A stretch of DNA of 64,000 nt, taken from the NCBI GenBank assembly GCA_039591075.1, contig JBDHEI010000003.1:26716-90715 (forward strand), read 5' to 3'. Below the pieces are notes generated by a model, which worked only from the letters and a program-made list of their open reading frames with translations, searched no databases and had not been told where the DNA came from. Both the position numbers and the translations under genes were made by a program. Shown one piece after another: positions 46,117 to 55,230 of the stretch; positions within the stretch are counted from its first letter, which is position 1; each line of letters opens with the position of its first letter. The DNA is from Gemmatimonadota bacterium (lineage in GTDB: Bacteria > Gemmatimonadota > Gemmatimonadetes > Gemmatimonadales > GWC2-71-9).

Positions 46117-49100
46117 GTGGCGTTGGGACTGTGGAGTCGGGAGCCGCACTTCCTCGTGGCGATTGCGGCTGTCATTGCCAGTGTGGTGGTCGCGGCCGCG
46201 GCTGCCCGAGCCCGTCGCTTTGGCGGGCTGCTCACGGCGGCCGTCGCCGTAGGTGCGGCGGTGGCCGTGTTCAGCAATGCGCTGCAGACGCGGGCAGTCG
46301 AACGCCGGTGGCCGGAAGTTCGCGAAGGCTTGATCCAGCAGGCCAGCCCCCGCCTGGACCGTAGCCTGGCGGAGGCGGTTGACGTGGCCCGGGGCCTGGC
46401 GGCGCGCGGTGCCGAACTGGCGGGAGAGCCCCGCGCCGAAGCGATGCGCCGGTTGCAGGCGCTGGGCGACGCCCGCGGGCCGGAGCGGAGCGTCGTCGTG
46501 TTCGACGAGGCGGGGCGGCCGTGGGTGTGGGCGGGCACCAATCGTCTCCACCTCGACCCCAGGCCGGCTGAGCTTTCTGCACACATCACTCCATTCTACG
46601 TCATTCTGGAAGCCAGTCGCCAGGTGGGCGATCGCGTGAGTGTGGGCCGCGTCCTGCTCGCTGCGGACAGTGCGGTCCCCGATCGGAGCGGCACGCTGGC
46701 GTGGCAGTTTGCCTCCGAAACCGGGTCCGCCCTGGAATTCTACTACCCCGGTACCGGGCCGTTGGGATCCGACGTCTTCGACTACTGCCTCCCCACTTGC
46801 GCCGCGCAGGCGGAGCGGCCGCCGCCGGACACGCTATTCAGCGTCCGTGCGATCCCACCGTCCCAGGGAGCGCGTAAGCTCGAGATCATGGAGCATGGCG
46901 GTGAGTGGGTGGGACTGCTGGCTACCCTCACGCTGTTGCTGGTGACCGTGTTTGGCAGCCGCCCGGCCCGATGGGGTGGGATACTGGGACTCGCGGCGCT
47001 GCTCGTCCTCACCCCCGTCGGCGAGCGGATCGGGCTCTCGCCGCTGTTCTCGCCCGCCACCTACTATCTGGAGCTCCTGGGGCCTCTGTCGGCCTCGGCG
47101 GGAGCACTGCTCCTGTTCGCGGCCGTCGCCAGTATTGCGTTCCGGCAGGTCGGGCGGCGTGGGATTCCGGCGTCGGTACTCGGGCTGCTTGCCGCAGGCC
47201 TCGTGGTGGCAGCCAGCCCGTTCCTCATGTGGCGCCTGGCCTCAGGGATCAGCCCCCCGGCGACCGAGATTGGGCTCGGGACGTGGTTGGGGTGGCAGCT
47301 GACGCTGCTCACGGCGGGCGGGGCACTCGGACTGGGCGCGGCCCTCCTGCTGGGGCGGCGCCCGTCGGCGCCGTCGTGGGTGTCGTGGGTCGCCGGTGGG
47401 TGGGTGGGAGTCCTCGCGGTGGTCGGGCTCGTGGTCTGGCAGCCCGCGGGGAACTGGCCGCTGTGGTACGGCCTGCTGTGGATGCCGGCGGTGTGGCTTG
47501 CCGTTCAGCCGGCTTCGCGCGCGCGGCAGCTCATGACTATTGCGGTCGTAGTTGGAGCCGGAGCCGGGTTGCTCACCTGGGGTCAGGTGATGCACGGCCG
47601 CTTGCTGTTGGCCGAACGCGATGCCGAGCGGCTGGAGGGCGGGGACCCCGTCGCGATCGGTTTTTTGGAGCGATTCGGGGCCGCCCTGCTCGAGCAGCCG
47701 CCGCCTAAGAGCGCGGCCGAGCTGTACTCACGCTGGCGTCACTCGCCGCTCAGCCAAGACGATTACCCCGGGGTGTTGGTGGTCTGGAGTCCCGACAACC
47801 GGATGTTGGCCAGTTTGGAGCTCGCCCAGCTGGACCTTCGGCTGCCGCTTCTGGCTGCCGTCGCCGACGTGGCCCGGGACAGCGGCCAGGCGGTGGTTCG
47901 GGCGCTCGAGCTCGAGCCAGGGGTGCATTACGTCGTGGCGGCCCCGTTCCCAGACGGCACGGTCGTCACGGCGGGTGTGGCCCCGCGGTCACAGGTCATC
48001 CCGCCGGTCGCCGTCGGGCGGTTCCTCCGCGGCGAGCGCCGTCTGGTCGCGCCGTACGTCATGTTCTTGGGTGAGCCCGTCGAGACAATGCCGGAGGGCA
48101 CGGGGCTGCAGTGGCGTCGCGATCGGTGGGTCGTCCGCGGGAGTCAATCGCTGATGCGGCCGGAGGGCACTCGGCACCTGCATGCGGTCGTGCCACTGGG
48201 CGACGTATCGCAGCTCGTGGTGCGGGGTGCGCTGTTGATCATTCTCGACGCTGCGTTCCTGCTCCTCCTGGGACTCGTGGGGCGCGCGGTGGGTGAGGAG
48301 GTGCGTCCGCCTACCTGGCTCCCCGATCTCCTGCAGTTCCGGTCGTATCGCGTCCGGCTGCTGATCGCGCTGGCCGGATTCTTCGTGATCCCCACGGTGG
48401 GCTATGCAGCGTGGTCGGTGAGCCGGTTGCGGGTCGAGGCGATCCGAAGCCGGGACCTCCTCATTCAGCAGACGTTGAGCGATGCCGCTGGCACGGCGAG
48501 GGCCTTTACCGGGCTGGCTCCCACCGATGCCGGACCGCGGCTCGACGACCTGGCGGATCGGTTGGGTGCCGACCTGATGTGGTACGCAGACGGCAAGCTC
48601 ACGGCGACGAGTGCGGGGATCTTGGAGCAGCTGGGGGTCTTGGGGGCATATCTACCGGCCGAGATCTTTCTCGCCCTGAGCGAAGAGGATGCGCTCGAGG
48701 TCACGGCCGACGCGTCCATTGCGGGTCAGCCAACGCGCGTGGGGTATCGGTCGCTAGGTGGTCTGCAGGGGTCAGGGTGGGTCCTGGCGGCTCCTCGGCT
48801 GGTGGAGGTGACCGGCATCGAGCGGGAGCGGCAGGACCTCGCCTTCGGGCTGCTGCTCACGACGCTGCTCGGGCTCGGGGGCGCTGCGGCTCTCGCGGCG
48901 TTGGCCGCCCGGTCGCTAGCCCGGCCGGTGCAGTCGCTCGAGGCCGCAGCCCTGGCTGTGGGGAAGGGCTCCCCCGTTCCGCCGTTCGATCCCGGGGTCC
49001 CCTCGGAGTTCGTGCCCGTGGTCGATGCGTTTCGGCGGATGGCGCGGGACGTTGAGGCGAGCCAGTTCGCGCTGGAAGCAGCGCGTCGCCGGACCGCCAC

Positions 49101-50073
49101 GGTCTTGGGCAATGTGGCCACCGGTGTGGTCGCCCTCGACGGTGAGCTGCGGGTGACCATTGCCAACCCCAGCGCGCAGCGGCTCCTCGGCAGCGCGCTC
49201 GAGCCCGGGATCGGCGTCGCACCGGCCACCGCAGAGAGCTGGCGTCAGGTGTGGGAGTGGGTGGGGTGGTTCCTCCGCAGCGGGGACGAGCACGCCGAGA
49301 GCGAGTTCGCCGTCGAGACCAGGCGGATTCGGGTGCAGGTCGCAGCGCTCACGGCCGATCCGCGCGGCTGCGTCGTTGCGCTCGATGACACGACGGAACT
49401 GGCACAGGCCGTTCGCGTGCTGGCGTGGGGTGAGGTGGCCCGGCAGGGCGCGCATGAGATCAAGAACCCGCTGACGCCAATTCGGTTGGGTATCCAGCAC
49501 TTGCAGCGGGCGCGCCGGCACGGCCGATCGGATTTCGACGCGACGCTCGAGCGCACCGCGCAGCAGATCCTGGCGGAGATCGAGCGTCTCGATGCCATTG
49601 CCCGGGCCTTCGCCCGCTTTGGCGCGCCCCTGATCGAAACCTCTCCCGTCGTGAGTGCCGACGTCGCCGCGATCGCCCAGGACGCGGCAGCGCTCTACGG
49701 GTTGGGCAGCACTACCGACGTGCGGATGCTATCTGACGGACCGGTCATGGCGCCCGTGCGCAAGGACGAGGTCAAGGAGGTGCTGATCAACCTGATCGAG
49801 AACGCGCGGAACGCGAGCGCCCAGCGAGTGGAAATCACCGTGGGGCGCGAGGACGACGGCGTTCCGTTTGTCCGTGTCCGCGACGACGGGGACGGGATCT
49901 CGCCGGATCACCTCCCCCTGGTGTTCGAGCCGCACTTCTCGACCAACACCAGCGGGACGGGACTCGGGCTCGCCATCTGTCGACGACTGGTCGAATCATG
50001 GGGGGGAACGATCGCGGTCGAGAGCGAGTTGGGTCGTGGGACGACGGTGACCATTCGGTTTCAGCCCGGCTGA
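46117..50073 (+). CDS. large multi-TM sensor histidine kinase, NtrY-like (HAMP-PAS-HisKA-HATPase)
   Basis: H-box HEIKNPLTPIRLGIQHLQRA, N-box NLIENARNA, G1 DDGDGI, G2 GTGLGLAICRRLV. More than 800 aa of N-terminal TM and periplasmic sequence. The start is uncertain: the maximal ORF begins at 46015 and overlaps the divergent gene, and GTG 46117 is chosen. Confidence 0.8.
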   Translation: MALGLWSREPHFLVAIAAVIASVVVAAAAARARRFGGLLTAAVAVGAAVAVFSNALQTRAVERRWPEVREGLIQQASPRLDRSLAEAVDVARGLAARGAELAGEPRAEAMRRLQALGDARGPERSVVVFDEAGRPWVWAGTNRLHLDPRPAELSAHITPFYVILEASRQVGDRVSVGRVLLAADSAVPDRSGTLAWQFASETGSALEFYYPGTGPLGSDVFDYCLPTCAAQAERPPPDTLFSVRAIPPSQGARKLEIMEHGGEWVGLLATLTLLLVTVFGSRPARWGGILGLAALLVLTPVGERIGLSPLFSPATYYLELLGPLSASAGALLLFAAVASIAFRQVGRRGIPASVLGLLAAGLVVAASPFLMWRLASGISPPATEIGLGTWLGWQLTLLTAGGALGLGAALLLGRRPSAPSWVSWVAGGWVGVLAVVGLVVWQPAGNWPLWYGLLWMPAVWLAVQPASRARQLMTIAVVVGAGAGLLTWGQVMHGRLLLAERDAERLEGGDPVAIGFLERFGAALLEQPPPKSAAELYSRWRHSPLSQDDYPGVLVVWSPDNRMLASLELAQLDLRLPLLAAVADVARDSGQAVVRALELEPGVHYVVAAPFPDGTVVTAGVAPRSQVIPPVAVGRFLRGERRLVAPYVMFLGEPVETMPEGTGLQWRRDRWVVRGSQSLMRPEGTRHLHAVVPLGDVSQLVVRGALLIILDAAFLLLLGLVGRAVGEEVRPPTWLPDLLQFRSYRVRLLIALAGFFVIPTVGYAAWSVSRLRVEAIRSRDLLIQQTLSDAAGTARAFTGLAPTDAGPRLDDLADRLGADLMWYADGKLTATSAGILEQLGVLGAYLPAEIFLALSEEDALEVTADASIAGQPTRVGYRSLGGLQGSGWVLAAPRLVEVTGIERERQDLAFGLLLTTLLGLGGAAALAALAARSLARPVQSLEAAALAVGKGSPVPPFDPGVPSEFVPVVDAFRRMARDVEASQFALEAARRRTATVLGNVATGVVALDGELRVTIANPSAQRLLGSALEPGIGVAPATAESWRQVWEWVGWFLRSGDEHAESEFAVETRRIRVQVAALTADPRGCVVALDDTTELAQAVRVLAWGEVARQGAHEIKNPLTPIRLGIQHLQRARRHGRSDFDATLERTAQQILAEIERLDAIARAFARFGAPLIETSPVVSADVAAIAQDAAALYGLGSTTDVRMLSDGPVMAPVRKDEVKEVLINLIENARNASAQRVEITVGREDDGVPFVRVRDDGDGISPDHLPLVFEPHFSTNTSGTGLGLAICRRLVESWGGTIAVESELGRGTTVTIRFQPG

Positions 50074-50082
50074 TGTTGCGGT

Positions 50083-50829
50083 CTAGCCGTTGTCGTCCCG
50101 GCAAGCCGCGGGACGCGCGCCGAGCGCCCCGCGCGTCCAGATGAGAATCACCCCGGAGTAGGTCTCTCCGTTGATACTCGGCCTGAATTCGCTCGCCGCC
50201 TGGAAGCCCCGACGGATCTCCACGCACTCCACGTCACCCACATCGATGTAGAACGTGAGCGGCGGCGTCACCACCGTTCCATTGATGACGTACAGCGCGT
50301 CGGACATCGAGTGGCGGATCCTCGTCCGCGTCTGGTCCTGACGGCCAGTCAATCGGACGCCGGGGACGGCCCCCTGCAGTGCCTGTAGCACGTCGCCTCT
50401 GGCGGGAAGCTGGTCGCGGGTAATGACGGTTGAGCCGAGGTGGTGCGGAGTCTCCAATCGTTCGGCCGTCACCTCGACCGGCTCGAGTGCGACCGACAGC
50501 GGCGCAAGTCGGAAGTGAACGGTGATTGAGGAGTCGGGAAGGAGGGTGTAGTAGGGTGTGGTGATTGGATTGTAGCCGATGATCTGGGCCGACACCCTGA
50601 TGAGGCCGGGAGCGATGCTCCCGAGCTGGTACGTTCCCTGGTCGTCGGTTCCCGCGATGGCCTCGGACCCGACCACCGAGACCGAAACGTCGGCGATTGG
50701 GAGGCCGGTGATTGCGTCGACGACGTTGCCGGTCACCGCCCCGGTCTGTTGGGCCTGTGCGCCGCCCGCAAACGCCAGGAGGGCGATACTGGCCGCGAGT
50801 CGGAACCCGGTGCTGCCGTCAGCTCGCAT
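50083..50829 (-). CDS. secreted CarboxypepD_reg plus Plug-like protein lacking a beta-barrel
   Basis: Signal peptide ...AGGAQAQQ. GNVVDAITGLPIADVSVSVVGSEAIAGTDDQGTYQLGSIAPGLIRVSAQIIGY, then a plug-like segment LQALQGAVPGVRL...YVINGTVV...IEIRRG. Only about 249 aa. Start at Met 50829. Confidence 0.65.
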   Translation of the reverse strand: MRADGSTGFRLAASIALLAFAGGAQAQQTGAVTGNVVDAITGLPIADVSVSVVGSEAIAGTDDQGTYQLGSIAPGLIRVSAQIIGYNPITTPYYTLLPDSSITVHFRLAPLSVALEPVEVTAERLETPHHLGSTVITRDQLPARGDVLQALQGAVPGVRLTGRQDQTRTRIRHSMSDALYVINGTVVTPPLTFYIDVGDVECVEIRRGFQAASEFRPSINGETYSGVILIWTRGALGARPAACRDDNG

Positions 50830-51118
50830 GCGGGGAACACCTTTGCCAAGGTAGCCCGATGCCCCGGGCGCGGACCAGCGCCCTCCGGTCAGCGTCCGCC
50901 CCAGACCCCCCCACTCCTCTGCCTGAATATAGGGCGGCCCGGTCCCTCGACGTAAGGATGGCTCACGCCGCCTTCTGGTCCTACCCGCTGGGCGGTCGAT
51001 TCGGTCCCGGATCGAACGACCTTGGGCATGCGTGCGGCGTTCTCGACATCGATGGAACATCGGCCCGGCCCAGGTGGTTGTACTGATGCGCCGACCGGTA
51101 CCCGACTGCGAGGACCCG

Positions 51119-52033
51119 ATGCTGATTCGACGACCCGATCCGATTGCCGGACGTGAGATCACCGACGAGCGTGTCTACGTACACCGGCGTCGTTTCCTGG
51201 AAACGATGGGTCTGGCCACCCTTGGACTCGCCGCGCCCGGGTCCTTGTGGGCCGGCGGGCCGCCGCGGGCGCTCCAGAGCGACGAGCTCACCTCGCTCGA
51301 AGACGTGCTCAGCTACAACAACTTCTACGAGTACGGCACCGGTAAGGACGATCCGGCCAAGAACGCCCACACGCTCCGGACGCGCCCGTGGACGGTCGAT
51401 GTCGAGGGGGAGGTCCACGAGCCCCGCACGTTCGGCATCGAGGACCTGTGGCAGCGGTTCACGCCCGAGGAGCGCGTGTACCGCCTGCGCTGCGTCGAAG
51501 CCTGGTCAATGGTGATTCCCTGGCTGGGAGTCCCGCTGCGGGATCTCCTGAGCGCAGTCCGACCGACGTCCCACGCCAGATACGTGGAATTCACCACGCT
51601 GCTCGACCCCGAGCAGATGCCTGGGCAGCGGCGTGGGATCCTGCCCTGGCCATACGTGGAGGCGCTGAGGTTGGATGAGGCGATGCACCCCCTCACCATC
51701 TTGGCCTTGGGGCTTTACGGCAAGGCACTCCCCAATCAGAATGGGGCGCCCGTACGGCTGGTGGTACCCTGGAAATACGGCTTCAAGAGCATCAAGTCGA
51801 TCGTTCGGATCCGCCTCGTGCGGGAACAGCCGACTACCACCTGGAACGTCGCCGCCCCGAGGGAATACGGGTTCTACGCCAACGTGAACCCGATGGTGGA
51901 TCACCCGCGGTGGACCCAGGCACGCGAGCGGCGCATTGGTGAACTCCGCAAACGCCCCACCCTGATGTTCAACGGCTATGCCGATCAGGTCGCTTCGCTC
52001 TATGCCGGAATGGATCTGCGCCGAAACTACTGA
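51119..52033 (+). CDS. msrP: protein-methionine-sulfoxide reductase catalytic (molybdopterin) subunit
   Basis: Tat signal [61 protein letters not shown] closely follows E. coli YedY/MsrP. Confidence 0.93.
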   Translation: MLIRRPDPIAGREITDERVYVHRRRFLETMGLATLGLAAPGSLWAGGPPRALQSDELTSLEDVLSYNNFYEYGTGKDDPAKNAHTLRTRPWTVDVEGEVHEPRTFGIEDLWQRFTPEERVYRLRCVEAWSMVIPWLGVPLRDLLSAVRPTSHARYVEFTTLLDPEQMPGQRRGILPWPYVEALRLDEAMHPLTILALGLYGKALPNQNGAPVRLVVPWKYGFKSIKSIVRIRLVREQPTTTWNVAAPREYGFYANVNPMVDHPRWTQARERRIGELRKRPTLMFNGYADQVASLYAGMDLRRNY

Positions 52034-52039
52034 GACGCC

Positions 52040-52747
52040 GTGACACCGGGAGCCTTCGTTCGTCGCATCGCGCGTCCTCTCGTGTGGGTCGGGGCCGCGG
52101 TGCCTGGTGCGTGGCTGCTGCTGGACGCCCTGACCGGCGGGCTCGGCGCCAATCCGGTCGAATCGGTCACGCATCGGACCGGCTTGACGGCCCTCACGCT
52201 CCTCGCCCTCTCGCTCTCAGTGCGCCCCACGCGTGATCTGTTGCGTTTCGGCGCGCTGATGCCGCTCCGGCGGACCCTCGGCCTCGCCGCGTACACCTAT
52301 GCGGTGGTGCACGTCCTCACCTATGGAGTGGACCAGACCTATCTGTCCGGGCTCGGGGTCTCGCCCGCAGCGATCGTAGAGGACGTGCGCGAGCGTCCCT
52401 ACGTGACTATGGGTTTCCTCGCCTTCGTGCTCCTCACGCCGCTGGCCGTGACGTCGACGAGCGGGTGGGTAAAGCGGCTGGGCGCCACGCGGTGGCGGTG
52501 GTTGCATCGGCTGGTGTACCTGGCAGCCCCGCTCGCGGTGGTGCATTTCCTGTGGCTCGTCAAGGCGGATCTGCTGTTGCCGAGCCTCTTTGCACTTGCG
52601 GTGGCGGTGCTGCTGGGGTATCGGGTGGCACAGAGCCGTCGAAAACGGACCGCGCGGATGTCGGGGCAAGGTGTCCAGCCCCCGTCCCAGGTCGAGGTGG
52701 CGCCCGGGGAGATCTCGATGCGTGGTGAGGAACCGAGCCAATCGTGA
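52040..52747 (+). CDS. msrQ: protein-methionine-sulfoxide reductase heme-binding subunit
   Basis: Ferric-reductase-like 6-TM protein with conserved His in TM helices (YAVVHVLTY, LHRLVYLAAPLAVVHFLW), directly after msrP. Confidence 0.85.
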   Translation: MTPGAFVRRIARPLVWVGAAVPGAWLLLDALTGGLGANPVESVTHRTGLTALTLLALSLSVRPTRDLLRFGALMPLRRTLGLAAYTYAVVHVLTYGVDQTYLSGLGVSPAAIVEDVRERPYVTMGFLAFVLLTPLAVTSTSGWVKRLGATRWRWLHRLVYLAAPLAVVHFLWLVKADLLLPSLFALAVAVLLGYRVAQSRRKRTARMSGQGVQPPSQVEVAPGEISMRGEEPSQS

Positions 52748-53769
52748 AATCCGTGGTGTTCGCGCTTCCCGCCGATCCGCTGCGCAGCACCGGGCGCCTC
52801 CCCTTCAGCCGTCATCTCTCGGTATTGGGCCTGCGGGTGCACTTTGCATCGAACAGCGCCGAGGTGCTGGCGGCAGTGGATCGCTCCTTCGGTGCGGTCG
52901 CCGGTCTCCTCCCGCCACTCGCCGCCAAGGCTCCCGTCGCGGCTCGTGTGCGCCTCTGGGTGCGAGCGGGTGTGAGAGGCGAATCCAGCCCCCTCCGGGT
53001 CGAGTATTGCTGGCCGAGCCGTCGCAGATTCGCGCTCAGGGCGGAGGGCGGTTACGGGATAGCCGACATCGACGGTCACGAGGCAGCCGCCGTGGTCACG
53101 CCGGCGCTAGTCGAGGAGGAACTCCTGTTCCGATCGGCAGTGGTTGAGGCGCTCACCCTTATGCTCGTGACCCACCAAGATCGGTATCCCGTCCACGCCG
53201 CGACGCTGGTCCGGAACCAGTCTGCCGTCTTGCTGGTGGGGCCGTCCGGTTCCGGGAAGAGCACGGTGGCCTTTGCGGCACTCCGGCGGGGTTGGCGACT
53301 GCTCGGCGAGGAGGCCGCGTACGTCCAGTTGAGGCCGGTACCGTGCATCTGGGGGTTACCGCGTTCGGTCGGACTGCCGCCCGCGTCCATCGACTTCTTC
53401 CCCGACCTGCGGGACCGCGCGGTCCAGCGCCTTCCCGGTGGGAAAGACAAGGTGGTGATCCCGCTCGGTCCCTCCGACCGGGAAGTGGTCGCGATGGTTC
53501 GGAGTGGGGTGGTCTGTCTCCTTGAGCGCGGCGCTGGTCCGGCAACGCTGAGTCGCGTGTCGCGGGACGAGATGCACGAGGCGCTCATGTCAGGGTTGGA
53601 GCCCGGTTTCGATACCGATCCCGATGCGGCGCTGGCCGTCGCCACGCACCTCGCGCAGCCGAGGGGGTGGCGCCTATGTCACCGGGATGATCCGTACGAG
53701 AGCGTCCGGTTGCTGGGCCGGTTGGGTGAGCTCGGGGGAGGCGAGATGGAAGTGGAGAACCTCCCCTAG
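52744..53769 (+). CDS. HPr kinase C-terminal-like P-loop protein (HprK-related, function unknown)
   Basis: [46 protein letters not shown] matches the HprK-related kinase core (His-Ala...LLxGPSGxGKST...G..LLxD/E). Its GTG overlaps the msrQ stop (GTGA). Confidence 0.6.
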   Translation: MKSVVFALPADPLRSTGRLPFSRHLSVLGLRVHFASNSAEVLAAVDRSFGAVAGLLPPLAAKAPVAARVRLWVRAGVRGESSPLRVEYCWPSRRRFALRAEGGYGIADIDGHEAAAVVTPALVEEELLFRSAVVEALTLMLVTHQDRYPVHAATLVRNQSAVLLVGPSGSGKSTVAFAALRRGWRLLGEEAAYVQLRPVPCIWGLPRSVGLPPASIDFFPDLRDRAVQRLPGGKDKVVIPLGPSDREVVAMVRSGVVCLLERGAGPATLSRVSRDEMHEALMSGLEPGFDTDPDAALAVATHLAQPRGWRLCHRDDPYESVRLLGRLGELGGGEMEVENLP

Positions 53770-55181
53770 CGGGCGGATCGCACGCTCAGAGCCCGCTCCG
53801 CGAGAGAAGTCCACCGACGCTCGGTGTCTGCGCTCGGTCCCGTGACGACCTCGTTGTGCAAGAGGTCCCGGATGTCCCGATAGAATGACGTGGAGAAGGT
53901 GCCGCGGAACATCATGGCGAGGTCCCCGCTGTCGACCCAATTCCTCTTGTGACCGAGTTCCTCCTGCACGATGTTGAAGAACTCAGTTCCCGGGAGCGGG
54001 TATGCGACGGAAACGCCGATGTCATCCGGCCGTTCTTGGCGCACGAGGTCGCGCGTCTGAAGGATGTCATCCCACTCCTCGCCGAGATATCCCAGTTGAA
54101 GGAACCACCCGGTTCGAATTCCCTGGCTCTTGAGTGCCTGCGTCGCGCTGCGCACCTGCTCGACCGTCGTCCCCTTGTCCATCGCGTCCAGCACGTGCTG
54201 AGCCCCCGATTCGACCCCGATCCATACCTCTTCGGCTCCCGACTCGCGAAGCGCCTTCACGACAGACGGGGTGAGGAGGTTGGCTCGCGTTTGCATCATG
54301 AAGGGGGTCTGTGCCTCACGCGCAGCGAGTTCCTCGGCGAAGCTCGTGATCCAGTGTTCGGTCAACCCGAAAATGTCGTCGGCGAACCAGAGGTGGTCAG
54401 GTGCGACGTCCTGTTTGAGCAGGCGAACTTCCTCGGCGACGTCGGCCGGACTGCGTTGGACGTACCGGGTCCCGAAGATCGGCTTGGCGCACCAGTTGCA
54501 CCGGTAGGGACAACCGCGCGATGTGACGACGCTCCAAGAGAAGCGCCCGTGGCGCTGCCGCCACGCGGAGCGGTAGCGGTCGACGTCGACGAGATCCCAG
54601 GCCGGGAACGGCAGCGCGTCGAGGTCCTTCAGGTACGGGCGTGATGGTGTGGACGTCGGGACCGGCCGGTCCGCGCCCCCGCCCGGAAGCACCAGCCCCG
54701 GGATTCCGGAGAGGTCCGAGACCCCGGCTTCCCACGCGACCAAGACATCCTCGAGTGACCGTTCCGGCTCGCCGATGAGCGCGACGTCCGCCCCGGCGGC
54801 GAGATACTGCTCGGTGTGGTCGGTGGCGTCCGAGCCGTTCACCACCACGGGGATGCCACGGAACTTGGCGGCGGCGATCATGTCGAGGGCTGCCTCGCGC
54901 ATGCGAAGCGTGCACATCTTTGTCAGGAAGTTGAAATTGTCTTCGACGATCGCGACGGCTGCAGGGCGGATGCCTTCCAGCGCACCGGCAAATTCTTCCA
55001 CACCCGCCGACAGCATGGCATCGAAGAACCGTACGTCGAACCCCTTGTTCCTCAGTGTCGCGGTGACGATGAGCGTCGCGAGCGGTGCGTACGGCCGCAT
55101 CTTCTGCACCTGTTTCTCGTCGTAGCGCAGATAGTACGAATGCGCCAGGAGAATCGGGCCGAAGCGGTTGGGGATGCTCAT
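53766..55181 (-). CDS. B12-binding domain radical SAM protein (rSAM-1)
   Basis: N-terminal cobalamin-binding-type fold (IPVVVNGSDATDHTEQYLAAGADVALIGEPERSLEDVL), then the cluster motif GCPYRCNWC (CxxxCxxC). Paralogous to rSAM-2. Start at ATG 55181 (a TTG at 55202 is also possible). Confidence 0.85.
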   Translation of the reverse strand: MSIPNRFGPILLAHSYYLRYDEKQVQKMRPYAPLATLIVTATLRNKGFDVRFFDAMLSAGVEEFAGALEGIRPAAVAIVEDNFNFLTKMCTLRMREAALDMIAAAKFRGIPVVVNGSDATDHTEQYLAAGADVALIGEPERSLEDVLVAWEAGVSDLSGIPGLVLPGGGADRPVPTSTPSRPYLKDLDALPFPAWDLVDVDRYRSAWRQRHGRFSWSVVTSRGCPYRCNWCAKPIFGTRYVQRSPADVAEEVRLLKQDVAPDHLWFADDIFGLTEHWITSFAEELAAREAQTPFMMQTRANLLTPSVVKALRESGAEEVWIGVESGAQHVLDAMDKGTTVEQVRSATQALKSQGIRTGWFLQLGYLGEEWDDILQTRDLVRQERPDDIGVSVAYPLPGTEFFNIVQEELGHKRNWVDSGDLAMMFRGTFSTSFYRDIRDLLHNEVVTGPSADTERRWTSLAERALSVRSAR

Positions 55182-55230
55182 CGACGGGCTCGGTGTCGCC
55201 AAAGGGAATTCCCCAGTCTAGGGTCTCGCA

